Origin: Thermoanaerobaculia bacterium
GTDB taxonomy: Bacteria; Acidobacteriota; Thermoanaerobaculia; Gp7-AA8
Direction of reading: 5' to 3'
Length of the DNA stretch: 64,000 bases
Assembly: GCA_036385045.1 (NCBI GenBank)
Contig: DASVLC010000138.1
Location: 2,566-66,565, forward strand
Shown here: positions 8,984 to 18,883 of the stretch, in pieces
How positions within the stretch are numbered: the stretch's first letter is position 1
Layout: the number at the start of each line of letters is the position of its first letter
Notes under the pieces: model-generated
Databases searched by the model: none
What the model was told of the DNA's origin: nothing
Seen by the model: the letters and a program-made list of their open reading frames with translations, nothing else
Position numbers and translations under genes: made by a program

Positions 8984-9483
8984 CGCGACCCGGGGTAAGA
9001 TAAGAGCCGTGGCTGACGACGAAGTGAAACGCCCGCAGGAGGCCATGGAGCAGCGGAACGCCGCCGCGCACGGAGAGACTCCGCGCCATTTCGACGTTTC
9101 CGTCGAGGGGATGGAGAAGCGATTCGATCTGCTTGCAGAGTCGGTCGCGAGCGTCACCGTCGAGTTGTAGCAAACAAGGATGTCACTCGAAGAGAAGATC
9201 GAACGGTCCGCCCTGGAGACTCATGCAGTGATCAGGTTCTCACACCGGGACTGGATCGGCGCTTGACTACCCTCGAAGACGCGGTCAATGAACTTCAGGC
9301 GCGCGTCGGACGGCTTGAGCGCTCCACTCACTGAATGACAGGGTGACATTCGATGATCGACCGCAGCATCTCGCACTACAGGATATGGCGCGACGCCCAC
9401 TGGGCACGGCGCGATCCGACTCTCGCGGCGCTCCGGGACGACCCGGAGTTCGACCGTCTGTTCCCGTCGGGGGAGAGCTCCTG

Positions 9484-10314
9484 GTGATCGCAGGCGCGAT
9501 CCCTCGCCAGTTCCGCCATCCCTTTCGCACAGCGCCCCTCCTTGTCATTCTGCTCGTCTGTTCGTTGCCCGATTCCGCCGGTGCGGCGGAGATTCGGCTG
9601 GAGGGTGCGGAGTTGGCCGGACTCATCGAGTCGGCCTTCAGCGGCACCTCGATCCGCCTGCACAGCAGTTCACCCCCTGCACAGGACTCGTTCATCCGCC
9701 TCCCTCCGGGTCTCGGTGGAGAAATGCTGAAGTTCAACATCCCCGTCACCTCGATTCGGCTGGGAATCGGCGGCTCCGCCCGGTACGCCATCGAAGACAT
9801 CAATTCACTTCGTACTCCGGCGGCCGACACCATCGACGTGCGGGCGGAGGCCGGCAACTTCATCATCACGATTCACTTCGAGGATGAGGGCACGGAGATC
9901 CGCGGGCATGCAACCGGGAGGCTGGCAAGTTTGCGCCAGCGCGCCGTCCCGGACCTCGAGATCAAAGACATCGCCATCCGCCTGTTTCTCACACCGCGCA
10001 CGAAGGAATCCTCGGGGATCGCGTTCGCCCCGGTCCGAGTCCTGTTCCTCGGCGAGGTCGAGGCAACCGGATCGCGCATCAGCATGTTTGGAAGAAGCAT
10101 CGATCTCCTGGACCAGATCACCGGATACAAAACGACCGTCAAAGAAGCGATCGAGCGCGAGGTCACTCGGATCCTCAACCACAACCTCGACGTGGTCGCC
10201 GCGACGATCGAGGCCGAGATCGTGCGGCGGCTGGCGGGGAGCGGTTTCGTGGTTTCGTCGATGGAGTTCAAGGGAACCGCGCTTACGCTCAAAGGGCGGA
10301 TCACGTGGAGGTGA
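9484..10314 (+). CDS. Hypothetical secreted protein
   Basis: In-frame GTG at 9484 preceded by GGGGAGAG gives a signal-peptide-like N-terminus (RTAPLLVILLVCSLPDSAGAAE). The ORF-track start at 9343 adds an Arg/Pro-rich segment that looks non-coding. No recognisable domain. Confidence 0.5.
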   Translation: MIAGAIPRQFRHPFRTAPLLVILLVCSLPDSAGAAEIRLEGAELAGLIESAFSGTSIRLHSSSPPAQDSFIRLPPGLGGEMLKFNIPVTSIRLGIGGSARYAIEDINSLRTPAADTIDVRAEAGNFIITIHFEDEGTEIRGHATGRLASLRQRAVPDLEIKDIAIRLFLTPRTKESSGIAFAPVRVLFLGEVEATGSRISMFGRSIDLLDQITGYKTTVKEAIEREVTRILNHNLDVVAATIEAEIVRRLAGSGFVVSSMEFKGTALTLKGRITWR

Positions 10315-10356
10315 GAGGCTGGCGAGTGACGGCCCTCCGTCTTCCTTCGATCGACC

Positions 10357-10986
10357 GTGTTCGATCGGACCTATCATGAGCGCGAGGACGCGGTGCACGA
10401 AGAACGACGCAGCTTCCAGCGGCTCAACCTGACCTCGGCGATCGACGGGTGGTTCGGCGACCTCCAGGTTCGGCTGATCGACATCAGTTCGAGTGGCGCG
10501 CTGCTGGCCATCAGCGAAGGATTGCCGGACCACGGAAGTGGATTGCTTCGCTTTCACTGGCGCGGCGCGAATGTGGAGATCCCTGGGGAGCTCGTGCGGT
10601 TCGAGGATCGGCACGTCGGCGTGCACTTTCTCGAAGAGGACGAGATTCTTCGCCGCCTTATCGCAGAATCCGCGCGTGAGTTGCTCGAAGCGCAGGAGGC
10701 TAACCTCCTCGGCGATCGCGCTCTCAACGTGATCGGCGACGAAACGCTTACCGCGGCGTCCGCGGCCGTCCGTACCGATGGGTATCTCACGCTGCGTTGG
10801 AGCGGCACCGAATGGAAGAAGAGGCGCTCGCTCCTACCCGACCAGCCGCCCGATGGCTTCACCGTCTCGGCATCCGAGCCTGAAGAGAGCATCGAGATGC
10901 TCTGTCGCACCTACGCGTCAGGCGACGCCCAGGCGCAACACCTCACCAGAGTGCTGGCAGAGTTGAGCGTCGCGGGGAAGAAGTGA
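10357..10986 (+). CDS. PilZ domain-containing protein (c-di-GMP receptor type)
   Basis: GTG start. Canonical PilZ motifs RRSFQR (RxxxR) and DISSSGAL (DxSxxG) in the N-terminal ~100 aa. C-terminal ~100 aa unassigned. Confidence 0.75.
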   Translation: MFDRTYHEREDAVHEERRSFQRLNLTSAIDGWFGDLQVRLIDISSSGALLAISEGLPDHGSGLLRFHWRGANVEIPGELVRFEDRHVGVHFLEEDEILRRLIAESARELLEAQEANLLGDRALNVIGDETLTAASAAVRTDGYLTLRWSGTEWKKRRSLLPDQPPDGFTVSASEPEESIEMLCRTYASGDAQAQHLTRVLAELSVAGKK

Positions 10987-11028
10987 CCGCACCCGAAAAG
11001 GGCGCTTCGTTCGTTGATCGCAAGACGT

Positions 11029-11060
11029 GAAGAGGACGGGCTTGGCTGCCCGCCCTCTTC
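11029..11060. terminator. Hairpin between convergent genes (possible bidirectional terminator)
   Basis: GAAGAGGACGGGC-TTGGCT-GCCCGCCCTCTTC, a 13-bp stem with one mismatch. It lies between the PilZ gene end (10986) and the TonB receptor end (11075). Confidence 0.45.
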
Positions 11061-11074
11061 ACTCATTTCGGTGA

Positions 11075-13972
11075 TCAGTAGCGAATCCGGACGCCGAGCT
11101 GCATGAGGCGCTGCTCGGGCTGTCCCGGGTCTCCCGCGTACGCGGCAGGAGTCTGATACGCCGGATTCGGGATCAACTCGCCAGCGGAGTTGCGGCCGCT
11201 CCAGCGCGCACCGCGGTAACGCGCCGGGTTGTCCTTGTTCATGACGTTGAAGACTTCGGCCATCAGCTCGATTCCGTAGTTCCCGGCAAAGAGGAACTCG
11301 CGCGAGATGCGGAGGTCGATCTGCGAGAAGTCACTGCCGCGGAGCGTGTTCATGCCGGAGACACCCGTCGGCAGATCCATTGCGAAACCGTCACCGTTCA
11401 GATCTACGCCAGACCAGTCGGTGTACGGGAGACCCGAGCGATAACGGAGAATGCCGCCGATGTTGATGGCGAAGGGAGCGCGATAGAGGGCGCTGAGGGT
11501 GACACGATGCCGTGCGTCGGTGTCGAGAGGTCCGAAACAGGCAGCGCAGTTCGGATCGAGCGGGTTGACCGACTGGTCGGGCACGGCGGAACGGTCAGGC
11601 TGGTGCAACGTATTCGTCAGACGGAACTCGTCCGCACCGGCGAGCACGTTCCCGGTTGCTTCGGAGATCGTGTAGAAACCCTGGAGCTCCAGCTTGTCGG
11701 TCACGCGAGCGCGGATACCGAGGTTGGCCGCATCGTAATCAGCCTCGCCCTGGCCAGTCCAGATTCGGAAGTTGCCGAACTGGTTGAAGCGGCGGGTGGT
11801 ACCTGAAACGATCGGGTTCGCGCGGAAGCGGAACGGAATGTTCCGGTACTCGATCCGCACGAGGTCGAGCGTCACCCCGACGTTGCTCGTCAGCTCGGAA
11901 GAGAAGCCGAGCGACATCTGTGTCGATTCGGGAGCTTCGATGTTCGGCGACGCGACTTCGTTCGGAACCGGGCGGGTGATGACGCCGAGCTGATTCGCCG
12001 GCAGCGGCTGACCGACGCGATAGAGACTGCCGTCGGCATTCCGGATACCGGCCGAGTTGACGTGGAGGTAGGACGTGCCGAAGGTCGACTGGACCGCCGC
12101 CGTCGGGAACAGGATCGTCGCATTCGTGTAGGGGAAATCGTAGTACTTGCCCCAGCCGCCACGAACGATCATCCGAGCGTCACCTTTGACGTCATACGTG
12201 AAGCCGAGCCTCGGGCCCCAGTTGTCGGTGTCATTCTTCAACCCTGAACTGCCCTGGAACTCCTGCAGGTACGCCTCGTTGTACGTGGTCTGGGTCGTCA
12301 GGACCTGCCAGATCGGATTGGCGGTCTGGTCGAGGTCGAAGCCGTCCCAGAGGTCGTAGCGAAGTCCGAGGTTGAGGGTCAGGCGATTGCTCAGGCTCCA
12401 GTCGTCCTGAAGGTAGATGCTGTACTGCTCAATCGGGGTAGAGAAGACGTTTGCCCCGGAATTGAACTCGATGCGGGTGATTGGAGCGTCGAGATTGGTG
12501 CCGCCGAACGTGTACCGGCCGTTGAGACCGGACGAGAAGCCTCCGCCGAGCGTCGGCTCATGAATGAAGTTCACACCAGCCTTCAGATCGTGGCGCGAGC
12601 CAGCGATTGTCGTCGTCCAGCCGAAGTCGTTCTTGAACTGATGCTTGATCTGTTCGGTCGTCTGCGGCGTATTGAAGTTCTGCCCCGCGTTGACCCCGTT
12701 GGAGAAGGTCAGCGAAGCGGCGTCAGTCGCCGGAAGGATCGAGTTCTCGAACGTGCTGTACTGATAGAGAAAGTCATTCACGCCGGCAGCGCCCACCTGG
12801 GCGGTGTGGCCGAGGAGATAGGAGGAGTACTTGCTGTTGAGGATTCCGACGTTGTCCGGCGTCGACAGAGGATTGGCGCTGTAGACGTCGGAGTACTTCT
12901 GGCCACCGACACGGAATTGCAGCTGCTGCGTGTTGGAGATCGCCCACGTCGCCTTGGCCGTGAGGAGCTCGTCCTCATAGTTGATGGCGAGGGTCGGTGC
13001 GACGTCTGGGAAGATCACACGAACGGCCGAGGAGAGAGGGAACCCGGTCGTCCGATCGGTGGTGTCGTAGGTCGCGAAGAAGTGCGCCACGTCACGGATG
13101 ATCGGGCCGCCGAATGACACTCCGTACTGATTCCTCTCGTACGACTGCTTCGAGGCGTTGGCGATCTGCTCTGCCTTGGTTTTCGAGTTGAGACTTTCGT
13201 TGCGGAAGAAGCCGTACACCGTGCCGCCGAACTCGTTCGTACCGGTCTTGGTAACGACCGTCAGCACGCCGCCGGTCGACCGGCCGAATTCCGCCTTGTA
13301 CTGCTGCGTCTGAATCTTGAATTCCTGCACCGCTTCGAGATTGAAGTTCTGGAGTGCGCCGCCGATCGTGTCATCGGTATTGTCACCGCCGTCGATCAGG
13401 TAGTTGACGTTCCGGCCGATGCCGCCGTTAAGCGCAACAACGAGCTGGCCCGGCTTAGTCGGATCGGGATTCACGCCGAGCGAGGTGCCCGGAGCGAGAG
13501 AGGCGAGGTTCGCGAACTGACGTCCGTTGAGCGGCAGGTTCTCGAGCTCTCGCTGGCTGACGACGGTACCTATACTGGGCGAGTCGGCTACGAGCGGTGC
13601 GTCGGCCGTCACGGTGATCGACTCCTGGACCGAAGCAGGCTTCATCGTGAAGTCGATGCTGCGTGTGGTGGCGACGTGCAGTTCGACGTCACGCGCCGTT
13701 ACTGTGGCAAAGCCCGAAAGTTCCGCCGCCACCGTATAACGGCCAGCCAGCAGCGTCGGTGTGCGATAGGAACCGTCGGCTCCCGATACCGCTGTGCGGC
13801 TGACACCGGTGGCGTTGTTTGTCGCCGTTACCGTGACGCCGGGGAGGGCGCCCCCGGTTTCGTCAAGAACCCTTCCGGTAAGAACGGCGCCTGAGGTCTG
13901 CGCGAATAGAGAGACTGGAAGCAACAGGGCGAAAATGGCTATGGATAGACGCCTAACCAACGATAGGGGCAT
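11075..13972 (-). CDS. TonB-dependent outer-membrane receptor with N-terminal carboxypeptidase-regulatory-like domain
   Basis: Signal peptide ending LFAQTSG. CarboxypepD_reg-like segment GRVLDETGGALPGVTVTATNNATG...ADGSYRTPTLLAGRYTV. Plug-like region NGRQFANLASLAPG. Long Gly/Tyr/Asn-rich beta-barrel with C-terminal RIRY. Confidence 0.85.
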   Translation of the reverse strand: MPLSLVRRLSIAIFALLLPVSLFAQTSGAVLTGRVLDETGGALPGVTVTATNNATGVSRTAVSGADGSYRTPTLLAGRYTVAAELSGFATVTARDVELHVATTRSIDFTMKPASVQESITVTADAPLVADSPSIGTVVSQRELENLPLNGRQFANLASLAPGTSLGVNPDPTKPGQLVVALNGGIGRNVNYLIDGGDNTDDTIGGALQNFNLEAVQEFKIQTQQYKAEFGRSTGGVLTVVTKTGTNEFGGTVYGFFRNESLNSKTKAEQIANASKQSYERNQYGVSFGGPIIRDVAHFFATYDTTDRTTGFPLSSAVRVIFPDVAPTLAINYEDELLTAKATWAISNTQQLQFRVGGQKYSDVYSANPLSTPDNVGILNSKYSSYLLGHTAQVGAAGVNDFLYQYSTFENSILPATDAASLTFSNGVNAGQNFNTPQTTEQIKHQFKNDFGWTTTIAGSRHDLKAGVNFIHEPTLGGGFSSGLNGRYTFGGTNLDAPITRIEFNSGANVFSTPIEQYSIYLQDDWSLSNRLTLNLGLRYDLWDGFDLDQTANPIWQVLTTQTTYNEAYLQEFQGSSGLKNDTDNWGPRLGFTYDVKGDARMIVRGGWGKYYDFPYTNATILFPTAAVQSTFGTSYLHVNSAGIRNADGSLYRVGQPLPANQLGVITRPVPNEVASPNIEAPESTQMSLGFSSELTSNVGVTLDLVRIEYRNIPFRFRANPIVSGTTRRFNQFGNFRIWTGQGEADYDAANLGIRARVTDKLELQGFYTISEATGNVLAGADEFRLTNTLHQPDRSAVPDQSVNPLDPNCAACFGPLDTDARHRVTLSALYRAPFAINIGGILRYRSGLPYTDWSGVDLNGDGFAMDLPTGVSGMNTLRGSDFSQIDLRISREFLFAGNYGIELMAEVFNVMNKDNPARYRGARWSGRNSAGELIPNPAYQTPAAYAGDPGQPEQRLMQLGVRIRY

Positions 13973-14375
13973 TCTTCCTCCTCATCCTTAACCGAGTTTT
14001 ACTGGAACTGCCTCATTACGTTGCAAAACAGCTGCAGACCTGCTGCGCCTCTATGCCGCGATCAGTCAGCACACCTTCAGCAGCAGCAACTCTCTGGCTC
14101 GACTGGAGAAAGCCTCGAAAGCGGGTGGCAGGGCCGAGGCGGATCGATTTCTGATCCACCATTCGAGGCATTCGACTTTCCGTATTGACGATACGGCGCG
14201 ACGAACGCTTCCACCCTCACGCCGAGTCTGTACTTCCCCTGCTCGCGCAGTTCCTCCACTATCGATCGATAGAGCTCATCCGGAAGAAGCGATAGTCGCC
14301 GTAGCGACCGGAGCTCGAGCCGCCACGACTTCCTGCTCACCGGGGATCGACCGGAAGCGTTACGATTGACGACCG

Positions 14376-14972
14376 ATGATCGATCCACGACCGATCCTCC
14401 TCGAAGGCCACGGCGTCCGGCTCGAGCCGCTCTCGATGGACCACCGCGACGGTCTGATCGAAGCGGCGGCCGACGGCAGGCTGTGGGAGCTCTGGTACAC
14501 CGGCGTTCCCGCCGCGGGCGAGACCGAAGCGTGGATCGCAGCCGCGCTGGAAGGGCAGCGGCTCGGGACGATGCTGCCATGGGTGGTGCGCGAGCTCGGG
14601 AGCGGTGTCATCGCTGGATCGACGCGGTATCACGACATCGTTGCTCCGATCGACCGCGTCGAGATCGGCTACACCTGGTACGGGGCGCGCTGGCAGCGGA
14701 GCCACGTCAACAGCGCCTGCAAACTGCTGCTGCTCTCGCACGCCTTCGATACGCTCGGTTGCGCCGTCGTCGGTTTTCGAACCGACAACTTCAACTTCCG
14801 CTCACAGCGCGCCATCGAAGCGCTCGGCGCGAAGAAGGACGGCGTCTTGCGTCATTCCATGGCACGGCGTGACGGATCGGTGCGCGACTCGGTGATGTAC
14901 AGCATCCTCTCCGCCGAATGGGCCGACGTCCGCCGGCACCTCGAGCTGCGGCTGCTGCGGCACGCCCGGTGA
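14376..14972 (+). CDS. GNAT family N-acetyltransferase (RimJ/RimL-like)
   Basis: Typical pattern LEGHGVRLEPLSMDHRDGL ... IEIGYTWYG...QRSHVNSACKLLLLSHAFDTLG..RVGFRTDNFNFRSQRAIEALGAKKDGVLR. Confidence 0.85.
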   Translation: MIDPRPILLEGHGVRLEPLSMDHRDGLIEAAADGRLWELWYTGVPAAGETEAWIAAALEGQRLGTMLPWVVRELGSGVIAGSTRYHDIVAPIDRVEIGYTWYGARWQRSHVNSACKLLLLSHAFDTLGCAVVGFRTDNFNFRSQRAIEALGAKKDGVLRHSMARRDGSVRDSVMYSILSAEWADVRRHLELRLLRHAR

Positions 14973-15037
14973 CGGACACGGTCGGGTCAAAAATATAGAT
15001 CGGGCGATCCATGTCGCGGGACATCCTGCGCGGCCGG

Positions 15038-15820
15038 TCACCGTCCGAACTCAAAGTGCGTCTCGCCCAGCCAGAGATAGAGCAGCCATGACCCGGCCAC
15101 GCCGGCCGCAGCGATCGCACCGATGCAGAGCGCAAGCGCAGGAGCGGCGCGACGGTCGAGCTCCGGAACGAGCTCGGACGGATACCGGTGAAGGAAAATT
15201 CCGTACGCCACCGCAGCCAGCACCACGCCGCCGACCACATCCACGACGTAGTGCTGCCTGGTGAACAGAGTGGACGCGGCAACCAGTGCGGCAAAGACAC
15301 TGGCGATGATCCCCAGCCGCCGATGCACTCGGGTGCAGGCCAGCGCGGAAACGAACGAATGCGCGACATGCAGCGAGGGGAAGCAGTTGTAGGGAGGGTC
15401 CGCGCCATACAGGTTGCGCAGTCCCCAGACCGCGAATCCATCTCCGATGACCCTTTCGGGCCGCGGCGCTTCCGTCGGGTAGAGGACGAAGAAGAAGAGG
15501 TAGGCGGTGATCCAGCAGAGCAGACAGGCGTACACCGTTCGCCGGATGAGATCCTCCTGCCGCACAACGAAGATGGGCAGCAGGATCAGGAACAGGTAAA
15601 GCGCCCCGTAGATCAGGGCCCACGACGGAATCAGCGGTATCGCCCGATCGAGCGCGAGTTCAGGAGCGTATCGCGCGTCCGGCGGGTACAGCTCCGGAAT
15701 GAAGATGTAGAGAGGAACGAGCGAGACCAGAACCACCATGGAGAGCGGGACCCGATAGGGCCGAGCCAGCGACTGCGCCACCACGCTTCGGCGGAATCCC
15801 GTCGGTTCTTCGTGGGTCAT
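15038..15820 (-). CDS. PAP2 superfamily membrane protein (PAP2_C / phosphoinositol-ceramide-synthase-like)
   Basis: Six hydrophobic helices. Conserved PAP2 motifs FPSLHVAH and TRQHYVVDVVGG. Confidence 0.8.
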   Translation of the reverse strand: MTHEEPTGFRRSVVAQSLARPYRVPLSMVVLVSLVPLYIFIPELYPPDARYAPELALDRAIPLIPSWALIYGALYLFLILLPIFVVRQEDLIRRTVYACLLCWITAYLFFFVLYPTEAPRPERVIGDGFAVWGLRNLYGADPPYNCFPSLHVAHSFVSALACTRVHRRLGIIASVFAALVAASTLFTRQHYVVDVVGGVVLAAVAYGIFLHRYPSELVPELDRRAAPALALCIGAIAAAGVAGSWLLYLWLGETHFEFGR

Positions 15821-16220
15821 CGCGTTCGCTCTCTCGGCACACCTGCTCAGTTCACGACCTGTATCCTCCGATTGTAAGTCGTGCAGAACGGCGCGAGCTC
15901 ACCGTGCCGCGACATCCGCCGCCCTTCCGTCCGATACGATGCGGCCGGTTTCCACGTGTGATGCTTAACAAGACTTGGAACGGCTGACAACCCTGCCGCC
16001 TACTTCAGGACACCTACTTCAGACTCTCGAAGCCGTTGCAACCGCCTGCGCCCCGATCTACAATCGGCCCGGGCGATGATCCACGCCCAACCTCTTCGGC
16101 CCTCCCCCAGCGAGGGCCCACGGGAGGCAAAGGGAGGCAGACTCTCGGGTCAGTCGCAACGAGCCCTTCCGCCGGGCCGCACTGCTGGGGAGCCGCGGTA
16201 CCGGTGTATGAAAGGAGCTC

Positions 16221-16907
16221 GTGATGACGAAGCAGAAGGACCTCAAGAGGATCGTCCGATCCCGAATGCAGAAGACCGGCGAGGCATACACGGCCGCCCG
16301 TTCCAACGTCCTGCGAAAATCCAAAGTTACGACGAACCCTCCGACGGAGTCTGCGCCCGATTATGCGGCGCTCGCCGGAAAGAGCGACGCCACGATCGAA
16401 GCGAAAACCGGATGCAGCTGGAAGCGATGGGTCGAGCATCTCGATTACGCGGGCGCGGCTTCGATGACGCACACGCAAATCGCCGCGCACGTTCATGAGA
16501 AGTTCGGCGTGTCCGGATGGTGGTCGCAGACCGTCGCTGTCGGTTATGAACGGATCAAGGGGCTGCGGGAGATCGGCCAACGGATGAGCGGCTCGTACGA
16601 GGCAAGCAAGAGCCGCACATTCGGCGTCGGGGCGGAGACACTCTTCGAATACTTCGATGACGCGCGCAAGCGAAAGCGGTGGCTCCCGGACGTTGACCTG
16701 AAGGTGAGGAAGTCCTCGCCGCCGAAATCAATGAGGATCACCTGGCCGGATGAAACATCCGTAGAGATCTGGTTCACCGCAAAAGACGACGCCAAGTGCA
16801 GTGTCGCCGTGCAGCACGGGAAGCTCGACTCGAAGAGGCGGGCCGATGAGCTGAAGCAGTACTGGCAGGAGCGGTTCGACGCTCTCGCCGCTCTCGTCAC
16901 CCCGTAA
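16221..16907 (+). CDS. Hypothetical protein (tentatively DUF4287-like N-terminal region plus SRPBCC/AHSA1-like C-terminal domain)
   Basis: GTG start preceded by AAAGGAG. Protein-like composition. Segment IEAKTGCSWKRWVEHL...GWWSQTVAVGYERIKG, and the C-terminal half resembles SRPBCC ligand-binding folds. Domain names are from memory only. Confidence 0.6.
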   Translation: MMTKQKDLKRIVRSRMQKTGEAYTAARSNVLRKSKVTTNPPTESAPDYAALAGKSDATIEAKTGCSWKRWVEHLDYAGAASMTHTQIAAHVHEKFGVSGWWSQTVAVGYERIKGLREIGQRMSGSYEASKSRTFGVGAETLFEYFDDARKRKRWLPDVDLKVRKSSPPKSMRITWPDETSVEIWFTAKDDAKCSVAVQHGKLDSKRRADELKQYWQERFDALAALVTP

Positions 16908-16913
16908 GCGGCT

Positions 16914-16937
16914 GGCGGACCTCTCCGGAGGTCCGCC
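16914..16937. terminator. Perfect hairpin between convergent genes (likely bidirectional terminator)
   Basis: GGCGGACCTC-TCCG-GAGGTCCGCC, a 10-bp perfect stem. It lies between the end of 16221..16907 (+) and the end of pyk (16950, -). Confidence 0.5.
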
Positions 16938-16949
16938 ACGTGCACGCGG

Positions 16950-18401
16950 CTACACCTCGAAGACGGTGATCGTGGGGGCGTTTCTCTGGGCGTCGGCGCT
17001 GAATCCGGCGACGCGGACGATTCGTTCGCCCGGTTGCGCGAGACCGAATTCACGCACCAGCTCCCTCGCGGTCTGCACCGGATCGTCGAGCCTCGAAGGG
17101 TCGATGAGCAGGGGGACGGTACCCCACAGCAACGTCATGCGCCGAGCCGTCTCGAGCACGGGCGACGCGGCGATCACCGGTGCAGCAGGGCGCGCCGAGG
17201 ACACTTCCTGCGCCGTAGTGCCGGAGCTGGAGAAGACGACCACGGCGCGCACCTTCAGATCGCGAGAAAGCTGCGCGGTTGCACGCGAGATCGCGTGACC
17301 GAGTTTCATCACCTCCTCGACGCGCCGCTCCGGCGTGGTCCAGCCCCCGAACAGGACGCTTCCGAAGAGCTGACTCTCCGTCTCGCGCGCCACCCGGTCC
17401 ATCATCGCGACCGCCTGAACCGGAAACCTGCCCGACGCCGTTTCCGCCGACAGCATCACCGCGTCGGTTCCGCTCCGGACGGCATTGGCGACGTCGGACA
17501 CCTCAGCCCGAGTGGGTCGAGGGCTGGAGATCATCGACTCCAGCATCTGGGTCGCGACAATCACGGGCTTGCCTGCCGAACGGGCGAGATCGACCAGTCT
17601 CGCCTGTGCTGTCGGGACGAGCTCGGGAGGCAGTTCCACACCGAGGTCGCCGCGCGCCACCATGATGCCGTCGCTCACCTCGAGGATCGACTCGATCTCG
17701 TCGAGCGCTTCCGGCTTCTCGATCTTCGCGATGATCCAGGCGGACTTGCCTCGCTCCTGCATCAGCGACCGGAGCTCCTCCACGTCTGCCGCTTTCCGTA
17801 CGAACGAGAGGGCGAGAAAGTCCACCCCCAGAGCTAGCGCGAACTCCGCATCCCGCCGATCCTTCTCGGTCAGGGATGGGGCCGAGACGCGAACCCCCGG
17901 AAGATTCATTCCCTTGCGATCCTTGAGGGTTCCGCCATGAACGACGGTGCACTCGATCTCGTGGCCGTGCACTCTCTCGACACGAAGCTCGAGATTGCCA
18001 TCGTCCAGAAGGATCCGACTCCCCTGCTCCACGTCCTGGTGGAGCATCTCGTACTGCGATGGAATCAGCCCCGGCTCCCCCTCCACGTCTCGCGTCGTCA
18101 CGATGGCCGGCGCGCCCGACTCGAGCTCGATCGACCCGCCGGCGAAGCGACCGACACGAATTTTGGGTCCGCTCAGATCCGCGAGAATGCCGATCGTCTC
18201 TCCGCTCTCACGCGTCATCTGTCGCACCGCGTCATAAACCGCACGATGCCCCTCATGATCACCATGAGACATGTTCAGCCGGAAGACGTTCACGCCGGCG
18301 TCGACCAGTGACTGAAGCATCGCACGCGACGACGAGGACGGCCCGACCGTCGCAACGATCTTCGTGCGCCGGCGTTTCAGTACGGGAGCGCTTCGGCTCA
18401 T
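16950..18401 (-). CDS. pyk: Pyruvate kinase
   Basis: KIVATVGPSS, NVFRLNMSHGDHEGH, MVARGDLGVELP, C-terminal regulatory domain; 483 aa. Confidence 0.95.
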   Translation of the reverse strand: MSRSAPVLKRRRTKIVATVGPSSSSRAMLQSLVDAGVNVFRLNMSHGDHEGHRAVYDAVRQMTRESGETIGILADLSGPKIRVGRFAGGSIELESGAPAIVTTRDVEGEPGLIPSQYEMLHQDVEQGSRILLDDGNLELRVERVHGHEIECTVVHGGTLKDRKGMNLPGVRVSAPSLTEKDRRDAEFALALGVDFLALSFVRKAADVEELRSLMQERGKSAWIIAKIEKPEALDEIESILEVSDGIMVARGDLGVELPPELVPTAQARLVDLARSAGKPVIVATQMLESMISSPRPTRAEVSDVANAVRSGTDAVMLSAETASGRFPVQAVAMMDRVARETESQLFGSVLFGGWTTPERRVEEVMKLGHAISRATAQLSRDLKVRAVVVFSSSGTTAQEVSSARPAAPVIAASPVLETARRMTLLWGTVPLLIDPSRLDDPVQTARELVREFGLAQPGERIVRVAGFSADAQRNAPTITVFEV

Positions 18402-18649
18402 GGACCAGAGTTTAGCCTGCTGGCAGTCCGTTCACGCGCGCGATGACCGATGTTCTCGATCGGGATCTGGAGCGAAGCGGTCCTGATCAACTGGCGGACG
18501 CGTACACACCGGGAGCTCAGACGCACCCATCGGGCCCTGGCTGAAGGTGGGGCGCGCCTCACCGCTGCAGCGAGTCCACCAAGGCCGACCCACTCGCTTC
18601 CATAGGCACCCCTGCGACCATCACCTGTCGGAGTGCTACCATTTGGAGG

Positions 18650-18883
18650 ATGGCAAGCGGGATGACTCGACAGCAGCTTCGGGGCTGGATCGAGGGTCAC
18701 CAGATCGCAAATCGCCGGCAGCAGGCCTTGCGGGCTGCGATGAGCGCCGAGGAGAAGCTCCTTCGGATCAGCCGGCTGATGGCCTCTGCTCATCTGTTCG
18801 ACATGTCGCGGCGCCGTGCGGGCGATGAGGCCGTACGCGAGATCTGGAAGCGGCTACGCGAGCGGTGGGCTGCCGGCGAATGA
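18650..18883 (+). CDS. Small helical hypothetical protein (possible partner/antitoxin of downstream nucleotidyltransferase)
   Basis: 77 aa, Arg/Glu-rich and helical in appearance. Its stop TGA (18881-18883) overlaps the ATG (18880-18882) of the next reading frame (ATGA). Confidence 0.4.
   Translation: MASGMTRQQLRGWIEGHQIANRRQQALRAAMSAEEKLLRISRLMASAHLFDMSRRRAGDEAVREIWKRLRERWAAGE

Noticed and set aside
13973-14076. Riboswitch (e.g. cobalamin) in the leader of the TonB-dependent receptor
   Set aside because: The leader is only ~100 nt and I could not recognise a B12-box or any other conserved riboswitch core. Only an SD (GGAGGAAG) and a weak TTGCAA...TAAAAC promoter-like pair are visible.
14077-14340. 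Possible 87-aa minus-strand gene (GTG start; ...LLPDELYRSIVEELREQGKYRLGVRVEAF...ESCCC-stop) between the TonB receptor and the GNAT gene
   Set aside because: It has some protein-like character but no ATG, no clear RBS and no recognisable motif, and it lies within a longer Arg-rich shadow ORF (14077..14580). The evidence is insufficient to call it, though homology searching would be worthwhile.
18816-18879. ATG at 18816 as the true start of the nucleotidyltransferase ORF
   Set aside because: The first ~50 codons are Arg/Ser/Pro-rich and overlap the 77-aa gene. The alternative frame from ATG 18880 gives a helical N-terminus that joins the NTase motif if one base is restored. A frameshifted gene is therefore the better model.
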